This document shows, piece after piece, positions 55,941 through 64,000 of a stretch of 64,000 nucleotides of DNA. The DNA is taken from assembly GCA_964658305.1 (NCBI GenBank), contig OZ210885.1, forward strand, positions 26,412,001 to 26,476,000. Reading direction: 5' to 3'. This DNA is from Leptogorgia sarmentosa. Lineage: Eukaryota. Under the pieces are notes generated by a model. The model did not search any database, had not been told where the DNA came from, and saw nothing but the letters and a program-made list of their open reading frames with translations. How positions within the stretch are numbered: the stretch's first letter is position 1; every line of letters starts with the position of its first letter. The translations under genes and the position numbers were made by a program.

Positions 55941-58900
55941 ATAATGATTTTGATTTGTTCATACCAAGTTGGAAAATGTGTCAAAAATGATCATGAATTT
56001 GACTAATGTTTGAAATTTTAAAACTCTTCAGATGCTAAAAATCTCCCTCCACTGATGCTGCAGAGTGTGTTTACATTGATAATAATGATTTTGATTTGTT
56101 CATACCAAGTTGGAAAATGTGTCGAAAATGATCATGATTTTGACTAATGTTTGAACTTTTAAAACTCTTCAAATGCAAAAAATCACACTCTAGCGATGTT
56201 GCAGAGTGTGTTTACATTGATAATAATCATTTTGATTTGTTCATACCAAGTTGGAAAATGTGTCAAAAATGATCATGAATTTGACTAAAGTTTGAAATTT
56301 TAAAACTCTTCAAATGCCAAAAATCACACTCTAGCGATGTTGCAGAGCGTGTTTACATTGATAGCAATGATTTTGATTTGTTCGTACGAAGTTGGAAAAT
56401 GTGTCGAAAATGATCATGATTTTGACTAATGTTTGAAATTTTAAAACTCTTCAGATGCTAAAAATCTCCCTCCAGTGATGCTGCAGAGTGTGTTTACATT
56501 GATAATAATGATTTTGATTTGTTCATACCAAGTTGCAAAATGTGTCAAAAATGATCATGAATTTGACTAAAGTTTGAAATTTTAAAACTCTTCAAATGCC
56601 AAAAATCACACTCTAGCGATGTTGCAGAGCGTGTTTACATTGATAACAATGATTTTCATTTGTTCGTACGAAGTTGGAAAATGTGTCGAAAATGATCATG
56701 ATTTTGACTAATGTTTGAAATTTTAAAACTCTTCAGATGCTAAAAATCTCCCTCCAGTGATGCTGCAGAGTGTGTTTACATTGATAATAATGATTTTGAT
56801 TTGTTCATACCAAGTTGGAAAATGTGTCAAAAATGATCATGAATTTGACTAAAGTTTGAAATTTTAAAACTCTTCAAATGCCAAAAATCACACTCTAGCG
56901 ATGTTGCAGAGCGTGTTTACATTGATAACAATGATTTTGATTTGTTCGTACGAAGTTGGAAAATGTGTCGAAAATGATCATGATTTTGACTAAAGTTTGA
57001 AATTTTAAAACTCTTCAAATGCAAAAAATCACACTCTAGCGATGCTGCAGAGTGTGTTTACATTGATAATAATGATTTTGATTTGTTCATACCAAGTTGG
57101 AAAATGTGTCGAAAATGATCATGATTTTGACTAATGTTTGAAATTTTAAAACTCTTCAAATGCAAAAAATCACACTCTAGCGATGTTGCAGAGTGTGTTT
57201 ACATTGATAATAATGATTTTGATTTGTTCATACCAAGTTGGAAAATGTGTCAAAAATGATCATGATTTTGACTAATGTTTGAAATTTTAAAACTCTTCAG
57301 ATGCTAAAAATGTCCCTCCAGTGATGCTGCAGAGTGTGTTTACATTGATAATAATGATTTTGATTTGTTCATACCAAGTTGCAAAATGTGTCAAAAATGA
57401 TCATGAATTTGACTAAAGTTTGAAATTTTAAAACTCTTCAAATGCCAAAAATCACACTCTAGCGATGTTGCAGAGCGTGTTTACATTGATAACAATGATT
57501 TTGATTTGTTCGTACGAAGTTGGAAAATGTGTCGAAAATGATCATGATTTTGACTAATGTTTGAAATTTTAAAACTCTTCAGATGCTAAAAATCTCCCTC
57601 CAGTGATGCTGCAGAGTGTGTTTACATTGATAATAATGATTTTGATTTGTTCATACCAAGTTGGAAAATGTGTCAAAAATGATCATGAATTTGACTAAAG
57701 TTTGAAATTTTAAAACTCTTCAAATGCCAAAAATCACACTCTAGCGATGTTGCAGAGCGTGTTTACATTGATAACAATGATTTTGATTTGTTCGTACGAA
57801 GTTGGAAAATGTGTCGAAAATGATCATGATTTTGACTAAAGTTTGAAATTTTAAAACTCTTCAAATGCAAAAAATCACACTCTAGCGATGCTGCAGAGTG
57901 TGTTTACATTGATAATAATGATTTTGATTTGTTCATACCAAGTTGGAAAATGTGTCGAAAATGATCATGATTTTGACTAATGTTTGAAATTTTAAAACTC
58001 TTCAAATGCAAAAAATCACACTCTAGCGATGTTGCAGAGTGTGTTTACATTGATAATAATGATTTTGATTTTTCATACCAAGTTGGAAAATGTGTCAAAA
58101 ATGATCATGATTTTGACTAAAGTTTGAAATTTTAAAACTCTTCAAATGCAAAAAATCACACTCTAGCGATGTTGCAGAGTGTGTTTACATTGATAATAAT
58201 GATTTTGATTTGTTCATACCAAGTTGGAAAATGTGTCGAAAATGATCATGATTTTGACTAAAGTTTGAAATTTTAAAACTCTTCAAATGCAAAAAATCAC
58301 ACTCTAGCGATGTTGCAGAGCGTGTTTACATTGATAACAATGATTTTGATTTGTTCATACCAAGTTGGAAAATGTGTCAAAAATGATCATGAATTTGACT
58401 AAAGTTTGAAATTTTAAAACTCTTCAAATGCAAAAAATCACACTCTAGCGATGTTGCAGAGTGTGTTTACATTGATAATAATGATTTTGATTTGTTCATA
58501 CCAAGTTGGAAAATGTGTCAAAAATGATCATGAATTTGACTAAAGTTTGAAATTTTAAAACTCTTCAAATGCCAAAAATCACACTCTAGCGATGTTGCAG
58601 AGCGTGTTTACATTGATAGCAATGATTTTGATTTGTTCGTACGAAGTTGGAAAATGTGTCGAAAATGATCATGATTTTGACTAATGTTTGAAATTTTAAA
58701 ACTCTTCAGATGCTAAAAATCTCCCTACAGTGATGCTGCAGAGTGTGTTTACATTGATAATAATGATTTTGATTTGTTCATACCAAGTTGGAAAATGTGT
58801 CAAAAATGATCATGAATTTGACTAAAGTTTGAAATTTTAAAACTCTTCAAATGCCAAAAATCACACTCTAGCGATGCTGCAGAGTGTGTTTACATTGATA

Positions 58901-61900
58901 ATAATGATTTTGATTTGTTCATACCAAGTTGGAAAATGTGTCAAAAATGATCATGAATTTGACTAAAGTTTGAAATTTTAAAACTCTTCAAATGCCAAAA
59001 ATCACACTCTAGCGATGCTGCAGAGTGTGTTTACATTGATAATAATGATTTTGATTTGTTCGTACGAAGTTGGAAAATGTGTCGAAAATGATCATGATTT
59101 TGACTAATGTTTGAAATTTTAAAACTCTTCAGATGCTAAAAATCTCCCTCCAGTGATGCTGCAGAGTGTGTTTACATTGATAATAATGATTTTGATTTGT
59201 TCATACCAAGTTGGAAAATGTGTCAAAAATGATCATGAATTTGACTAAAGTTTGAAATTTTAAAACTCTTCAAATGCCAAAAATCACACTCTAGCGATGC
59301 TGCAGAGTGTGTTTACATTGATAATAATGATTTTGATTTGTTCATACCAAGTTGGAAAATGTGTCGAAAATGATCATGATTTTGACTAATGTTTGAAATT
59401 TTAAAACTCTTCAAATGCAAAAAATCACACTCTAGCGATGTTGTAGAGTGTGTTTACATTGATAATAATGATTTTGATTTGTTCATACCAAGTTGGAAAA
59501 TGTGTCAAAAATGATCATGATTTTGAGTAATGTTTGAAATTTTAAAACTCTTCAGATGCTAAAAATCTCCCTCCAGTGATGCTGCAGAGTGTGTTTACAT
59601 TGATAATAATGATTTTGATTTGTTCATACCAAGTTGGAAAATGTGTCAAAAATGATCATGAATTTGACTAAAGTTTGAAATTTTAAAACTCTTCAAATGC
59701 CAAAAATCACACTCTAGCGATGTTGCAGAGCGTGTTTACATTGATAACAATGATTTTGATTTGTTCGTACGAAGTTGGAAAATGTGTCGAAAATGATCAT
59801 GATTTTGACTAAAGTTTGAAATTTTAAAACTCTTCAAATGCAAAAAATCACACTCTAGCGATGTTGTAGAGTGTGTTTACATTGATAATAATGATTTTGA
59901 TTTGTTCATACCAAGTTGGAAAATGTGTCAAAAATGATCATGATTTTGAGTAATGTTTGAAATTTTAAAACTCTTCAGATGCTAAAAATCTCCCTCCAGT
60001 GATGCTGCAGAGTGTGTTTACATTGATAATAATGATTTTGATTTGTTCATACCAAGTTGGAAAATGTGTCAAAAATGATCATGAATTTGACTAAAGTTTG
60101 AAATTTTAAAACTCTTCAAATGCCAAAAATCACACTCTAGCGATGTTGCAGAGCGTGTTTACATTGATAACAATGATTTTGATTTGTTCGTACGAAGTTG
60201 GAAAATGTGTCGAAAATGATCATGATTTTGACTAAAGTTTGAAATTTTAAAACTCTTCAAATGCAAAAAATCACACTCTAGCGATGTTGCAGAGTGTGTT
60301 TACATTGATAATAATGATTTTGATTTGTTCATACCAAGTTGGAAAATGTGTCGAAAATGATCATGATTTTGACTAAAGTTTGAAATTTTAAAACTCTTCA
60401 AATGCAAAAAATCACACTCTAGCGATGTTGCAGAGCGTGTTTACATTGATAACAATGATTTTGATTTGTTCATACCAAGTTGGAAAATGTGTCAAAAATG
60501 ATCATGAATTTGACTAAAGTTTGAAATTTTAAAACTCTTCAAATGCAAAAAATCACACTCTAGCGATGTTGCAGAGCGTGTTTACATTGATAACAATGAT
60601 TTTGATTTGTCGTACGAAGTTGGAAAATGTGTCGAAAATGATCATGATTTTGACTAATGTTTGAAATTTTAAAACTCTTCAGATGCTAAAAATCTCCCTC
60701 CAGTGATGCTGCAGAGTGTGTTTACATTGATAATAATGATTTTGATTTGTTCATACCAAGTTGGAAAATGTGTCAAAAATGATCATGAATTTGACTAAAG
60801 TTTGAAATTTTAAAACTCTTCAAATGCCAAAAATCACACTCTAGCGATGTTGCAGAGCGTGTTTACATTGATAACAATGATTTTGATTTGTTCATACCAA
60901 CTTGGAAAATGTGTCGAAAATGATCATGATTTTGACTAATGTTTGAAATTTTAAAACTCTTCAGATGCTAAAAATCTCCCTCCAGTGATGCTGCAGAGTG
61001 TGTTTACATTGATAATAATGATTTTGATTTGTTCATACCAAGTTGGAAAATGTGTCAAAAATGATCATGAATTTGACTAAAGTTTGAAATTTTAAAACTC
61101 TTCAAATGCCAAAAATCACACTCTAGCGATGTTGCAGAGCGTGTTTACATTGATAACAATGATTTTGATTTGTTCATACCAAGTTGGAAAATGTGTCAAA
61201 AATGATCATGATTTTGACTAATGTTTGAAATTTTAAAACTCTTCAGATGCTAAAAATCTCCCTCCAGTGATGCTGCAGAGTGTGTTTACATTGATAATAA
61301 TGATTTTGATTTGTTCATACCAAGTTGGAAAATGTGTCAAAAATGATCATGAATTTGACTAAAGTTTGAAATTTTAAAACTCTTCAGATGCTAAAAATCT
61401 CCCTCCAGTGATGCTGCAGAGTGTGTTTACATTGATAATAATGATTTTGATTTGTTCATACCAAGTTGGAAAATGTGTCAAAAATGATCATGAATTTGAC
61501 TAAAGTTTGAAATTTTAAAACTCTTCAAATGCCAAAAATCACACTCTAGCGATGTTGCAGAGCGTGTTTACATTGATAACAATGATTTTGATTTGTTCGT
61601 ACGAAGTTGGAAAATGTGTCGAAAATGATCATGATTTTGACTAAAGTTTGAAATTTTAAAACTCTTCAAATGCAAAAAATCACACTCTAGCGATGTTGCA
61701 GAGTGTGTTTACATTGATAATAATGATTTTGATTTGTTCATACCAAGTTGGAAAATGTGTCGAAAATGATCATGATTTTGACTAAAGTTTGAAATTTTAA
61801 AACTCTTCAAATGCCAAAAATCACACTCTAGCGATGTTGCAGAGCGTGTTTACATTGATAACAATGATTTTGATTTGTTCATACCAACTTGGAAAATGTG

Positions 61901-64000
61901 TCGAAAATGATCATGATTTTGACTAATGTTTGAAATTTTAAAACTCTTCAGATGCTAAAAATCTCCCTCCAGTGATGCTGCAGAGTGTGTTTACATTGAT
62001 AATAATGATTTTGATTTGTTCATACCAAGTTGGAAAATGTGTCAAAAATGATCATGAATTTGACTAAAGTTTGAAATTTTAAAACTCTTCAAATGCCAAA
62101 AATCACACTCTAGCGATGTTGCAGAGCGTGTTTACATTGATAACAATGATTTTGATTTGTTCATACCAAGTTGGAAAATGTGTCAAAAATGATCATGATT
62201 TTGACTAATGTTTGAAATTTTAAAACTCTTCAGATGCTAAAAATCTCCCTCCAGTGATGCTGCAGAGTGTGTTTACATTGATAATAATGATTTTGATTTG
62301 TTCATACCAAGTTGGAAAATGTGTCAAAAATGATCATGAATTTGACTAAAGTTTGAAATTTTAAAACTCTTCAAATGCCAAAAATCACACTCTAGCGATG
62401 TTGCAGAGCGTGTTTACATTGATAACAATGATTTTGATTTGTTCGTACGAAGTTGGAAAATGTGTCGAAAATGATCATGATTTTGACTAAAGTTTGAAAT
62501 TTTAAAACTCTTCAAATGCAAAAAATCACACTCAAGCGATGTTGCAGAGTGTGTTTACATTGATAATAATGATTTTGATTTGTTCATACCAAGTTGGAAA
62601 ATGTGTCGAAAATGATCATGATTTTGACTAAAGTTTGAAATTTTAAAACTCTTCAAATGCAAAAAATCACACTCTAGCGATGTTGCAGAGCGTGTTTACA
62701 TTGATAACAATGATTTTGATTTGTTCATACCAAGTTGGAAAATGTGTCAAAAATGATCATGAATTTGACTAAAGTTTGAAATTTTAAAACTCTTCAAATG
62801 CAAAAAATCACACTCTAGCGATGTTGCAGAGCGTGTTTACATTGATAACAATGATTTTGATTTGTCGTACGAAGTTGGAAAATGTGTCGAAAATGATCAT
62901 GATTTTGACTAATGTTTGAAATTTTAAAACTCTTCAGATGCTAAAAATCTCCCTCCAGTGATGCTGCAGAGTGTGTTTACATTGATAATAATGATTTTGA
63001 TTTGTTCATACCAAGTTGGAAAATGTGTCAAAAATGATCATGAATTTGACTAAAGTTTGAAATTTTAAAACTCTTCAAATGCCAAAAATCACACTCTAGC
63101 GATGTTGCAGAGCGTGTTTACATTGATAACAATGATTTTGATTTGTTCATACCAACTTGGAAAATGTGTCGAAAATGATCATGATTTTGACTAATGTTTG
63201 AAATTTTAAAACTCTTCAGATGCTAAAAATCTCCCTCCAGTGATGCTGCAGAGTGTGTTTACATTGATAATAATGATTTTGATTTGTTCATACCAAGTTG
63301 GAAAATGTGTCAAAAATGATCATGAATTTGACTAAAGTTTGAAATTTTAAAACTCTTCAAATGCCAAAAATCACACTCTAGCGATGTTGCAGAGCGTGTT
63401 TACATTGATAACAATGATTTTGATTTGTTCATACCAAGTTGGAAAATGTGTCAAAAATGATCATGATTTTGACTAATGTTTGAAATTTTAAAACTCTTCA
63501 GATGCTAAAAATCTCCCTCCAGTGATGCTGCAGAGTGTGTTTACATTGATAATAATGATTTTGATTTGTTCATACCAAGTTGGAAAATGTGTCAAAAATG
63601 ATCATGAATTTGACTAAAGTTTGAAATTTTAAAACTCTTCAAATGCCAAAAATCACACTCTAGCGGTGTTGCAGAGCGTGTTTACATTGATAACAATGAT
63701 TTTGATTTGTTCGTACGAAGTTGGAAAATGTGTCAAAAATGATCATGAATTTGACTAAAGTTTGAAATTTTAAAATTCTTCAAATGCAAAAAATCACACT
63801 CTAGCGATGTTGCAGAATGTGTTTACATTGATAATAATGATTTTGATTTGTTCATACCAAGTTGGAAAATGTGTCGAAAATGATCATGATTTTGACTAAA
63901 GTTTGAAATTTTAAAACTCTTCAAATGCCAAAAATCACACTCTAGCGATGTTGCAGAGCGTGTTTACATTGATAACAATGATTTTGATTTGTTCGTACGA
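55941..64000. repeat. 141-bp satellite DNA array (~57 monomers, runs off the window end), two monomer subtypes
   Basis: Period 141 (gattttgatttg at 55946, 56087...); subtype A cagatgctaaaaatctccctccagtgatgctg, subtype B caaatgcmaaaaatcacactctagcgatgttg. Confidence 0.97.

Overview
Eukaryotic, AT-rich, repeat-dominated DNA. The transposon repertoire suggests a marine invertebrate such as a stony coral or other cnidarian, but that is inference only. No intact host protein-coding gene is evident. Positions ~1-48.6 kb are a large cluster of nuclear tRNA genes and pseudogenes: roughly 80-100 copies by eye, for 13 amino acids (Arg, Leu, Gly, Gln, Ile, Ser, Cys, Pro, Val, Thr, Glu, His, Asn), built by tandem and inverted segmental duplication. 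The cluster is interrupted by mobile elements: a DIRS/Ngaro-type tyrosine-recombinase retroelement relic (0.3-2.9 kb), an IS630/Tc1/mariner element with ~425-bp TIRs and an unusual DD30E triad (10581-12693), a two-gene PIF/Harbinger-superfamily element with AAT target duplication (19800-22823), a TTAA-flanked 4.3-kb non-autonomous element with a foldback core (36330-40611), and several MITEs. After a truncated LINE (48.6-49.6 kb) come a 43-bp minisatellite, decayed spliced genes resembling a KDZ/Zisupton-type transposase C-terminus plus a companion gene (51.7-54.4 kb), and a 141-bp satellite array with higher-order structure from 55.9 kb to the window end. Only the more recognisable tRNA copies are listed individually. 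All coordinates were read by eye and may be off by a few bases. Family assignments come from motif recognition, not database searches.
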